This document shows positions 52,789 through 64,000 of a stretch of 64,000 bases of DNA, in pieces. The notes beneath the pieces were generated by a model. It saw only the letters and a list, made by a program, of their open reading frames with translations, was not told the origin of the DNA and did not search any database. The number at the start of each line of letters is the position of its first letter. Position 1 is the stretch's first letter. Source of the stretch: Octopus sinensis (taxonomy: Eukaryota); assembly GCF_006345805.1 (NCBI RefSeq), contig NC_043006.1, positions 103,788,001 through 103,852,000 on the forward strand. Direction: 5' to 3'. Position numbers and translations under genes: made by a program.

Positions 52789-52879
52789 TTTTAGCTGATG
52801 AGTACGGGACTCGTTTATATGCTGTAATCTTTGCAACTTTTAATAAAACCTGTCCTTGTATGAAACGATCGTACTAAAA
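52789..52879 (+). ncRNA. Type-I hammerhead ribozyme with long branched stem II
   Basis: Stem I UUUUAG(52789-94)/CUAAAA(52874-79); CUGAUGA 52795-52801; stem II GUAC/GUAU then GGAC/GUCC; GAAAC; palindrome ACGAUCGU; GUA| after 52873. Confidence 0.82.
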
Positions 52880-52936
52880 ACCTATCCATCTTGTTGCTTC
52901 TTTCTCGCTTATATAATGTATATATATATATATGTA

Positions 52937-53055
<119 letters not shown>

Positions 53056-53237
53056 TATATGAACTGGAAACATCGATGTCTGAGATTCCCGAGAGATGAC
53101 GACATTAAAGGAACGGGGTATTTTCACACCTTTTTATTATAAGAGAGATTTTTTAAATTTCCATGGTAACTGCAGTGTATTTGCCTTTAGCAGTTGAAAT
53201 ATGTGTGACAAACATATCTCAACTAACCTAAACTGCG

Positions 53238-53283
<46 letters not shown>

Positions 53284-53699
53284 GGGGTGTGTGATTGTGT
53301 ATAGGAGAATATATTAATAAGAGGAATTCCAACCTTCTCTGATTTTCACGTTTTATTTACAATCTTAAAATGATATAATATAATATAATATAATAGAATA
53401 AAATAAAATAGTAGAATGTGAAATGTTCATTCTGATTGAACTATTACTTTCATGCATTAAATTATGCAATCTTCAGGTTCATGTAGTAGTGGTGATAGTC
53501 ATGCTTCACAGTTTTTGACTGTACAGAATAGTACAAGATTAAACAAACCGTAATGACGTATACCCAGGATAACCACCCGCTTAGAGTAAGCAGCTTTTGT
53601 TTGATTCGGATGTTTAATTATAGAATTTCTCGATATCGATTATTATTTGGAATTATTGATTCTTTAATTCTAATCTACGTGGATATGCAATATCTTTCT

Positions 53700-54040
53700 A
53701 CCTACCTACCTCCATACATACATGCATACATACATACATACATACATACATACATACACACATACATACATACATACATACATACATACATGCATACATA
53801 CATACATACACACATACATACATACATACATACATACATACACACATACATACATACATACATACACACATACATACATACATACATACAAACATACACA
53901 CATACATGCATACATACATACATGCATACATACATACATACATACATAGACACATACGTACATACATACATACATACACACATACATACATACATACACA
54001 CATACATACATGCATACATACATACATACACACATACATA
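53700..54040. repeat. (CATA)n microsatellite
   Basis: Directly visible. Confidence 0.95.
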
Positions 54041-54081
54041 TTTTTACGTGTGATCATTTACTTATCTGTTTTTCCCTGACA

Positions 54082-54112
<31 letters not shown>

Positions 54113-54124
54113 CATATATATATA

Positions 54125-54154
<30 letters not shown>

Positions 54155-54155
<1 letters not shown>

Positions 54156-54530
54156 GGAGCAGGAGTGGCTGTATGGTAAGTAGCTTGCTTACCAACCACA
54201 TGGCACCTTGGGCAAATGCCTTCTACTATATGCCTCGGGCCGACCAAAGAATTGTTAGTGGATTTGGCGACGGAAACTGAAAGATGCCCGTCGTATATAT
54301 TTACATATATGTGTGTATGTGTGTGTGTGTGTGTGTGTGCTTGCCCCCCCCCCCAACATCGCTTGACAATCGATAATGTTGTGTTTACGTCTCCCTAACC
54401 AAGCGGTTCGGCAAAAGAGACCGATAGAATAAGTACTAGGCTTACAAAAAATAAGTGCTGGCGGTCTATTTGCTCGACTTGTAGTGGTGCTCCAGCATGG
54501 CCGCAGTTAAATGACTGAAACAAGTAAAAG
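54155..54530 (+). mobile_element. SINE family II, near full length
   Basis: GGAGTGGCTGTATGGTAAG head, internal (TG)n, tail GACTGAAACAAGTAAAAGA. Confidence 0.88.
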
Positions 54531-54834
54531 AATTATAAAAGAATTATATATATGTACTTATATACATGTATGATGTGTGTATATATACGCATACATATGT
54601 AGTGTGTGTGTTTATATATATATATATAATATATATTATATATATAATATATATATATAATATATATACACACATACATATATATATATATACATATATA
54701 TATGTATATATATGCACACATATATATTATATATGCACATGTGTATGGGGATTGGGAGTTTGTATATATATGTTTGTATATATATACATATATGTGCTTG
54801 TGCTTGGATGTATATATATATATATATATATATA

Positions 54835-55720
54835 TAATAAATTAGTAATGCAATACAAAGTATCGCCTTCCAGTAACGAATAGCCCGTGAGGGAAACATA
54901 CACAAAGTAGTAAATAAATGGCACAACTAAGTACCGATATTTACTGGAAATAACGAACGTAAAAATACGACGCTAATGTGTAGCTTCACCGCGTATGTAT
55001 TAATAAAAATGCGTGTGTGCAACAAACTAGAGAAAAACGTCTTACCTCCAGGGAGTACATCTGAAAGATGAAATACCCGGAAAAGGATAATGTGGGACCT
55101 GCAGGTTTCAGATTTTACAAGATATGACTGCCACCCATATCTTATTCTATCTTCATCAGCCAAGCATATACCATGACGAATTCTACGATGTTACCACATT
55201 AATACTATTACACTCGACTGAAACGCGGAACGCCAACAGTACGAAAATCGGTGAAGAAGCTTCAATAAATTAGTAATGCAATACAAAGTATCGAATTCCA
55301 GTAAAGAATAGCTCGTGAGGGAAAAATACACAAAGTAGTAAATAAATGGCACAACTAAGTACCGATATTTACTGGAAATAGCGAACGTAAAAATACGACG
55401 CTAATGTATAGCTTCACCTCGTATGTATTAGTAAAAATGCGCGTGCGCAACAAACTAGAGAAAAACGTCTTACCTCCAGGGAGAACATCTGAAAGATGAA
55501 ATACCCGGAAAAGGATAATGTGGGACCTGCAGGTTTCAGATTTTACAAGATATCTTTAAGATGTTTTCCCTGGAGGTAAGACGTTCTTCTCTAGTTTGTT
55601 GCACACACGCATTTTTACTAATACATACGCGGTGAAGCTACACATTAGCGTCGTATTTTTACGTTCGCTATTTCCAGTAAATATCGGTACTTAGTTGTGC
55701 CATTTATTTACTACTTTGTG
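54835..55720 (-). mobile_element. Retrozyme/Penelope-pLTR-like tandem (period 428 bp) plus inverted partial copy
   Basis: Unit at ~54835-55125 repeated at ~55263-55553; inverted copy ~55560-55720; (TA)n flanks. Confidence 0.82.
55093..55162 (-). ncRNA. Type-I hammerhead ribozyme, canonical core
   Basis: Minus strand: UGG-CUGAUGA-AGAU..(AAGAUAUG/CAUAUCUU)..AUCU-GAAAC-CUGCAG-GUC|CCA; stem III palindrome ACCUGCAGGU. Confidence 0.85.
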
Positions 55721-56154
55721 TATATATATATATATATATATGACTGTATGTATGTATGTCTGTACGTATATATATATATATATACACAAATGTCTGTACG
55801 TATGCGTGTATAATAATATATATATATGTGTAGATATTTACAGATATGTTTGCGTGTGTAGTCGTAGTATCTTCAAAATTTCTACTTAAGGAGAAATTAT
55901 ATAATCAAATTATTTCTCACTTTCTAGTTAGCTGATAAAACGAAAAAAGAAAGAAAGAAAGAAATGAAGGACTTTATAATTTCGTATTTTACGAAAGCAT
56001 TTTCATAAAGATCTCGCCCACTCATACATTAACAAACACGTATTTGATACCAGTCTCTATCTGATGCCCGGGTGTGATATATATATGCACATGAAATACG
56101 TACACACACACGAGCTCACTCACACTTACATATATATTTGTGTGTATATATGTG

Positions 56155-56190
<36 letters not shown>

Positions 56191-56275
56191 GATAGATAGA
56201 TAGATAGATATATAGATAGATATTTATAAATATATTATATAATTATATATATATAGTATAATTATATACATATGA

Positions 56276-56324
<49 letters not shown>

Positions 56325-56326
<2 letters not shown>

Positions 56327-56752
56327 TCAAAAAGGTGGGGTCGAATTAATTAATTATTAATAAATTCGACCAAGCAGTATTCGGTATGTAAAGACCATTT
56401 ACGGTATATTTGAAGTATTAATTTATAAAAATATGGTAAAGTAAAAGAATTCACTTTACCACACACCGAACTTTTCAGAAATAGCAGCCAAAAATTTGGC
56501 TATTTCTTCAACTGCAAATAAAAGTCTCCAGACAATGCATACTCAGAAAAATAACTCACATAGGTATAAGGGAAAAACAATGAAAGATCACATCCATATA
56601 CGATACGATACCCGAGGACAGTCTGTTTCTGGATTTGTGGGTAAAACGCCACTTTTCCTTCATCAGCTCAGAGATTTCTTCTGATTTAGATTTGAAAATA
56701 CTAAGAATCAAACATACCCGTCCGATATCTGTAACATCGGACAAACCATGCC
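56325..56752 (-). mobile_element. HHR-bearing Penelope-like relic, host of the Tx1-type insertion
   Basis: Related to 18841-19515 (GAAATAGCAGCCAAA; CCGA...CATCGG segment); begins at (TA)n. Confidence 0.65.
56612..56671 (-). ncRNA. Minimal hammerhead ribozyme, canonical core
   Basis: Minus strand: CUGAG-CUGAUGA-A-GGA..(GUGG/CCAC)..UCC-A-GAAAC-AGACU-GUC|CUCGG. Confidence 0.8.
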
Positions 56753-56977
56753 AATTTCTTTATTACCCACTAGGGGCGACATAGAGAACACATACAATCA
56801 CGAATGATGAAAAAAAATAATTATGAACATTTGGGGTCGGTTAAAAATCGGAAATGAATAATAAATCGAATGGTTACACAATAGACACAATTAACAAAAT
56901 TACAAGATGCAGTGGGGCGGGTCCGCGACCCCATGCTCCCCGCCACGACACTTAGCCTTGTGGTTTCCTTTTTCTTC

Positions 56978-59900
56978 CTATCTCACATTTGTGAGGGATC
57001 TTTTACTCTCCACATTTTTCCATCTTTCATCAAACACTTTCTTACTCAGGCTCCTTCTCTCCAGTTCTATATGTCTTTTTAGGTGGAATTTAAAATATTC
57101 CACCAGACTTGAACCAGAGATGAAGTCGCCTGTTATCATTCCTTTCATCCTTGTCTTCCATACTACCTGTTTCGCAGTTGAAACCACGGCGAGAAAACAA
57201 AACTTACCTTCTTTCGTTAAGAAATCAGGTGGGCTGATTTTTACAATAGATTCGGCTGATAGCTGTACTCTTCGTTCACCTGACATTAGTTGTTCGGCAC
57301 AATCCCACATATCTTTCACCCCCGAACACTGCACGATCGCGTGCGAGACGGTTTCCCGTTCTCGCCCACACCTCGTACAGGTCGGGCTGACTTGGCAACC
57401 GTGCCTTGTAAGCTTGTCCCGAACAGGTAAGGCTCCTCGGTAGCACTGCCAAGCCAAAGACTTCTGGAAATTATCCAGTGTCTTCGGCCCGAATGTACGT
57501 TGGAACAGACTGGCCAGCTGATTATCGTCGAAACCTAGGGCTTCCCCTAGCGTATCATCGTTACCAGCCTCTACAAACCCTCTATAAAACACAGCGGTAG
57601 AACCACTGCCGCAGGCATTACCCGAGCGACGGAATAGTCGGAGTGCCTTGCGACACTCCGTATACCACGTACCCAACTTCGATCTGCGATTATACCAGTC
57701 CTCCCGGCCACCGAAACTGGTGAACCTGGGGAACATCTGTTTCGCCAGCGGAGACCACACCCGTTCACTACCCAGATGGAGCCACAGGTGCCTTAGCCTC
57801 AGCGCATTTCTGCGCATCATTAGCCACGGCATCCCTAGTCCACCCTGTAACGGTTTTTGACAGCAGACAGAGCGTCTCACAAGCGGTTTCGAGCCCTTCC
57901 ACAAGAAGCGAAAGAGCTGTCTCTCCAACTTGATCAACCACGAATCCGGGCAAGGACGACGGCAAGGCGGTAGGTAATCACCGATGCTATAAACACATTG
58001 GCCACCTCCGCCCTACCTTTCAAGGATAACCACCGCCAAGACCAAATCTTGACTATTGCAGCCACCTTGCTCGATACCTCGCTCCAGTTCTTCTCTATTT
58101 GGAGGTCCGGACCGAACCAAACCCCGAGCAACTTAATCGGGCCCTCCGTCCAATGTCCCACGACGCTGTCTGGAGGCATCGACTTGCCTCTCCAGGTGCC
58201 GAGTTGCAAGCTGACCGACTTTTCACGATTAACTTTTGCTCCTGTCACCGTCTCGTAAACCTCTATGGCCTTGCCTACTTTACGTAGGTGGTCCACTTCA
58301 GTCACGATGATAGTGATGTCATCCGCGTACGCCGAAACCGACATATCACGTCCTGGTTGCCTCGGGATGCCGCTCAGTCTTCGCAGCAGCGGCTCCAGGG
58401 CCACTACATACAAAAGCGGGGAGAGTGGACATCCCTGGCGAACCGAGCGTTTGACCTTGAACGGCTTAGAAAGAAAGCCGTTCACCTGAACTACCGAGTC
58501 GGCGTTGTCATACATTTCGATGATCCACCTGAGGAAGCCAAGACCTAGGCCGAACTGAGCCAGAACGGACACCAGGTAGTGATGGTCGACCCTATCGAAC
58601 GCTTTAGACTGGTCTAATGGACCACTGCCCCTCCCTTGCCGGGATCGTTATTTATTCCCTCTATCGTGTATCTAATAAGATGGAGATTATCCTGAATGGC
58701 TCTGCCCGGTACGGCGCACGTTTGCGCTTTCCCAATCAGTCCATTCGCGACACGCGCCAATCTGTTCGATAACACTTTGGCCAAAATCTTCAACTCTGCG
58801 TTAAGCAGAGTGATGGGCCTGAAATTATCTATTACGTCCCCCTTGCTCTGGTCCTTCCTCACTAGCGTCACCACTCCCCGGCGCACAGATCTGGGGATAA
58901 ACCCATTCTGCTGCCAGTTTGCGTAGACGCCCGTCAGTAAGTCCCCGAACAAGTCCGGCATACTTTTATAAAGCTCGTAGGGTAGACCATCCAGTCCCGG
59001 CGCCTTACCCGCACCGCAGTCCGCCATGGCCTCTATTACCTCCTCAGGTGTGATCGGCTCCTCACTACTTTCGCATCCTGCCCCGAGAGGCGCGGCAGCC
59101 CGTCGAGGAGGTCCGTAAGGTCCCTCCCCCTATCCGGTCCGCCGCTCCCCCCGAAAAGCTGGGCGAAGTGGTCCTGAAAAGCTTGACACATCTCCTCGGG
59201 CTCGTCTGTCAACTTACCTTGTTGGTTCGCCAGAGATCGAATTGTAGCATCGTTGCCACGTTGGGCTTCCACCACTCGGGCCCATCCTGCAGCCTTGATT
59301 CCTTCGCTCCCCATCGTACGTTGTCTAGCCCTGACAATGCAACCCATGTGTTTGGCTTCGAGGTGCTGGTTAAGAACCAGTCTCTTGACCTTCACCTGGT
59401 CTGCATTGCCAGTTCGCATTGCTTCCTCTAAGTCCTTAACTAGTGTAGTTACCTTTCTAGCCTCTCTAGCTACAAGATTAGTACTATATCTAACGGACTC
59501 ATATTTTATGGCTCGCTTAAGGGCATACCACCATTTGTTGTTACAAATGGAGCCGGTCATGGCCCTCTGGATTATTAACCTAATCCTGTCCCTGTACTCC
59601 TTAATCGCCAAAAGGGACGTATTAAGTTTCCAGTAACCAGGACCTCTAGTTATCTTATCTACGTGTAGCCTACAGGTGACCATCTTGTGGTCACTGTAGC
59701 TGACTATATGGAGTTGTGGACTCTTAACTAGGTTCTTATCTACCTTCCTAATTAATATCCTGTCTATGTATGACTTTACCGATCCGTCGCTATTTGACCA
59801 CGTCCACAGTGGAGCGCCCGGATGTTCCAGTCTATATGGATCTACCAGCTCAAAACGTCTTAGTAGATCCAGGAAGCAAGTATTTCCTTTTCTGTCTGTT

Positions 59901-60367
59901 CGCGAGCCTTCACAGTCTACCCGCACATCGCAGATTGTGTTGAAGTCCCCTAACATTACTACTGGGCACGATGTACTCAGAAACTTCTCCAGGTTCCGAT
60001 AATAATCACTTTTCCCCTTACCGGGGGGAGCGTAAACCGCAACCAGCCTGATTGTCTTACGGCTACTGAACGTCAACTCAATGACGACCAGCCTACCTTC
60101 CGGATCCGTAAAAATCAACTTTTTCTCAGAAACCCGGTTCTTTTTACACAGGACCAACACCCCGCTTCCGCCGACCGACGGGTTCGGAGAGATGACACTC
60201 TCGTAACCGTCGAACAGCGGGAGCAGATCTCTTGGCCCCTTTAACCGGGTTTCTGTGGCAACGACAACATCTAAATCCCGTGACCTGATGTCATTTAGGA
60301 AGCGCCCTTGCTTCCAGCTCTGCATCAGGCCACGCACATTCAAACACCCTACACGAATATGAGACAT
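56978..60367 (-). CDS. ORF2: AP endonuclease / reverse transcriptase / zf-RVT-like; split into 4 ORFs by 3 frameshifts as assembled
   Basis: VGCLNVRGL, ATETRL, GDFN, SYIDRIL, YSDH; KAPGLDG, NFRPITLLN, KAFDRVDH, VRQGCPLSP, YADD, KLLGV; CTRCGRERETVSHAIVQC. Confidence 0.88.
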
Positions 60368-60376
60368 TACTTACCT

Positions 60377-61941
60377 TTATTCCGTTTTTCCTTTGGTGGT
60401 CGTGGCGGGGAAGTCCGCATTAATCAGTGACTCGTCCACTTCGAGTCGCGGACCCTTTATGTCCCCTGCGAACTGTGCATTTAACATGTTAAAGTTCCGT
60501 AAGTCCAATTTATAAATTTCTACATTTTTGTAGATTTCTGTGGGTTTTCACCCTTTCTGCGCTTGGGATATTTCCCATTCCACTTTTAAGTCGGTCATTA
60601 TTTGTCTATTGCCGCATATACTATTTGGGCTTCTGTAAATCTGCTTTTTTGTGGGCTTTGTGGGGGTGATGGGGAGGACCCCGGGGAGTATGATGGGGAG
60701 GAACACGAGGGGGGGTTGAAATGGAGGGGTAATGCTCGGCATGAGGGGTGGGGTGGATTGGGTGGGGGCTTCTCTTTTTGTGGGGAACCGTGGTTGGGTG
60801 GGGATGGTTTTCCCCCCTGAGAGTTGGATTTCTTTTTGATTGTGCCAGGGTTGGTTGGGCTTGTGTCCGCATTCTTTCTCTTTGGCGTTTTCTTCCGCCT
60901 CACCGTTGTGAAGTCGTTCTCTTCTTCTTCTTCCGTTTTTTTCTCTGCTTCTTCTTCTGTCTTTTTCCTTTCTTCCTCTTTCTTGCTGGTGGGGCATTCC
61001 ATACGGATGTGACCTATCTCGCCACATCCGTAGCAACGTGGCTTTCGCCCCTCCACCACCACCCGCAAGTTAATTTCTTCCCCGAATTGTATTCCTTCTG
61101 GAACTTCCTCCATTGCCTCCGGGGTCGCTTGCACCACCACGTGCAATGCTTGTCCTCTCCAGTTTTCCTTTATCACTCTTCTGATGTTTATCACTGTTAT
61201 TTTCTCTTCCAGCCCCATTAACAGTGCTGGAAGCAACCACCTCACGTCGACCTGTGGCGGCGGCACGTCCTCCACTCTGATTTTTGAGGTTCTCCTCCCT
61301 AAATACGAGGGTAATAATATTATTTCTTCCGTCTTTATTGGTGTTAGGGAGTGTTTTTTGGCCGTTTCTTCATTTCTGAAGTGCACCTCTATTGTTGCAA
61401 ACTTTCTCCCCCACGTAACGTAGTCCATATCACTCCACACTGGTTTAAGGCATTTCTCAGCTTGGTCTTTGGTTATCCTTTCAATTTTCTTCTCTTTTAT
61501 TACATAGGATTTATAAATTATCGTCCTTTTCTCGGTTTCCTCTTTAATTGTTTGTGGGAGGGCAGCTATCGCGTTATTTCCTTCTTTTTTAAACATTTTT
61601 TAAAACTTTTCATACTCCACCTCCTCCATCTTTATTTCCTCTGTCTTCCTACCAGCAGCGGCAGCGAAGTTAAACATCTTGGTTTTTTCACTTGGTTTGG
61701 AACCGTCACACACATTTGCTGATTTCTCAGCTTCGTTGGAAGTCAACCCTTCCGCGACTTTAGCCGTTTTCACAGCTTTTTTAACCGGCGAACCTTCATT
61801 CACTTTTGCTGTTTTCACAGCTTCATTGGAAGTCACATTTTCCGCAATTTTAGCTTCTTCAACAATTTTCACATTTTTTTGTGTAGGCAAACCTACTACG
61901 TCATCATTTTTTGACATTTTTGAACAAGTATTTTTGTTCAT
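60377..61941 (-). CDS. ORF1 (gag-like, CCHC zinc knuckle), frameshifted as assembled
   Basis: Segments 61600-61941 and 60598-61596 break at an A/T homopolymer; CYGCGEIGHIRMEC knuckle. Extension to TAA 60377-60379 is inferred from an open frame just upstream of ORF2. Confidence 0.75.
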
Positions 61942-62156
61942 TTTTCCGTGGAATGTGTGTGTGTTTCAATGTACAGCAGTTCCCCTCCGTGAGGAGGGGA
62001 AAACAAAGTTTTCCTGGTTCAAAACCAGCAACAGTTCAAACAATTTTTAACAAGACAATTTAAACAGGTTTTAACACAAATTCAATAACAATATTTCACT
62101 GAAAAAACTCACGTGGTGAAAGTTCAATACTTATTCATTGTCGGACAAACCATGCC

Positions 62157-64000
62157 AATTTCTTTATTACCCACTAGGGGCGACATAGAGAACACATACA
62201 ATCACGAATGATGAAAAAATAATTATGAACATTTGGGGTCGGTTAAAAATCGGAAATGAAAATAAATCGAATGGTTACACAATAGACACAATTGACAAAT
62301 TACAAGATGCAGTGGGGCGGGTCCGCGACCCCATGCTCCCCGCCACGACACTTAGCCTTGTGGTTTCCTTATTCCTCCTATCTCACATTTGTGAGGGATC
62401 TTTTACTCTCCACATTTTTCCATCTTTCATCAAACACTTTCTTACTCAGGCTCCTTCTCTCCAGTTCTATATGTCTTTTTAGGTGGAATTTAAAATATTC
62501 CACCAGACTTGAACCAGAGATGAAGTCGCCTGTTATCATTCCTTTCATCCTTGTCTTCCATACTACCTGTTTCGCAGTTGAAACCACGGCGAGAAAACAA
62601 AACTTACCTTCTTTCGTTAAGAAATCAGGTGGGCTGATTTTTACAATAGATTCGGCTGATAGCTGTACTCTTCGTTCGCCTGACATTAGTTGTTCGGCAC
62701 AATCCCACATATCTTTCACCCCCGAACACTGCACGATCGCGTGCGAGACGGTTTCCCGTTCTCGCCCACATCTCGTACAGGTCGGGCTGACTTGGCAACC
62801 GTGCCTTGCAAGCTTGTCCCGAACAGGTAAGGCTCCTCGGTAGCACTGCCAAGCCAAAGACTTCTGGAAATTATCCAGTGTCTTCGGCCCGAATGTACGT
62901 TGGAACAGACTGGCCAGCTGATTATCGTCGAAACCTAGGGCTTCCCCTAGCGTATCATCGTTACCGGCCTCTACAAACCCTCTATAAAACACAGCGGTAG
63001 AACCACTGCCGCAGGCATTACCCGAGCGACGGAATAGTCGGAGTGCCTTGCGACACTCCGTATACCACGTACCCAACTTCGATCTGCGATTATACCAGTC
63101 CTCCCGGCCACCGAAACTGGTGAACCTGGGGAACATCTGTTTCGCCAGCGGAGACCACACACGTCACGTTCACCAGATGGAGCCACAGGTGCCTTAGCCT
63201 CAGCGCATTTCTGCGCATCATTAGCCACGGCATCCCTAGTCCACCCTGTAACGGTTTTTGACAGCAGACAGAGCGTCTCACAAGCGGTTTCGAGCCCTTC
63301 CACAAGAAGCGAAAGAGCTGTCTCTCCAACTTGATCAACCACGAATCCGGGCAAGGCACGACGGCAAGGCGGTAGGTGATCACCGATGCTATAAACACAT
63401 TGGCCACCTCCGCCCTACCTTTCAAGGATAACCACCGCCAAGACCAAATCTTGACTATTGCAGCCACCTTGCTCGATACCTCGCTCCAGTTCTTCTCTAT
63501 TTGGAGGTCCGGACCGAACCAAACCCCGAGCAACTTAATCGGGCCCTCCGTCCAACGTCCCACGACGCTGTCTGGAGGCATCGACTTGCCTCTCCAGGTG
63601 CCGAGTTGCAAGCCGACCGACTTTTCACGATTAACTTTTGCTCCTGTCACCGTCTCGTAAACCTCTATGGCCTTGCCTACTTTACGTAGGTGGTCCACTT
63701 CAGTCACGATGATAGTTATGTCATCCGCGTACGCCGAAACCGACATATCACGTCCTGGTTGCCTCGGATGCCGCTCAGTCTTCGCAGCAGCGGCTCCAGG
63801 GCCACTACATACAAAAGCGGGGAGAGCGGACATCCCTGGCGAACCGAGCGTTTGACCTTGAACGGCTTAGAAAGAAAGCCGTTCACCTGAACTACCGAGT
63901 CGGCGTTGTTGTCACATTTCGATGATCCACCTGAGGAAGCCAAGACCTAGGCCGAACTGAGCCAGAACGGACACCAGGTAGTGATGGTCGACCCTATCGA
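62157..64000 (-). mobile_element. L1/Tx1-type retrotransposon copy 2 (3' part; runs off the window)
   Basis: Near-identical to 56753-58595; ORF2 C-terminus ends at 62378. Confidence 0.93.

Larger units (their letters stand above)
56753..62140 (-). mobile_element. Apparently full-length L1/Tx1-type non-LTR retrotransposon, copy 1
   Basis: 5'UTR, ORF1 (CCHC), ORF2 (APE + RT + C-terminal zinc finger), 3'UTR; repeats head-to-tail with period 5404 bp. Confidence 0.93.

Noticed and set aside
56832-56855. GGGGTCGGTTAAAAATCGG in the LINE 3'UTR resembling the SINE body
   Set aside because: Short and in the opposite orientation to the shared tail; likely coincidental.
56907-63890. Plus-strand and alternate-frame ORFs over the Tx1 element (e.g. 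56907-57443, 60748-61221, 62292-62843)
   Set aside because: Shadow ORFs opposite GC-richer LINE coding sequence; no recognisable motifs.

Overview
AT-rich, microsatellite-saturated animal genomic DNA with no recognisable host protein-coding gene; the SINE families and microsatellite load suggest a coleoid cephalopod such as Octopus (inference from recognition, not a search). Nearly all ORF-track entries are translated microsatellites. Real coding remnants are all transposable elements: a 5.4-kb L1/Tx1-type non-LTR retrotransposon in a head-to-tail tandem (56.7-64 kb), R4/Dong-type retrotransposons embedded in (AAT)n, CR1-like fragments, mariner/Tc1 relics and Helitrons, plus three tRNA-derived SINE families. 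The main hidden signal is non-coding: about ten well-formed and about ten degenerate or partial minimal type-I hammerhead ribozyme (HHR) motifs from many unrelated short repeat families. Each has a different palindromic stem III, and they sit in tandem or inverted Penelope-pLTR/retrozyme-like structures next to (TA)n. They include two U3:A8 covariant cores and a recurring mismatched pair at the base of stem II. The Tx1-type LINE shares its ~33-nt 3' tail with the most abundant SINE here and appears to have inserted repeatedly at one 16-bp target inside an HHR-bearing repeat. All folding and alignment was done by eye; element boundaries are approximate (about +/-10-20 nt) unless motif coordinates are quoted.
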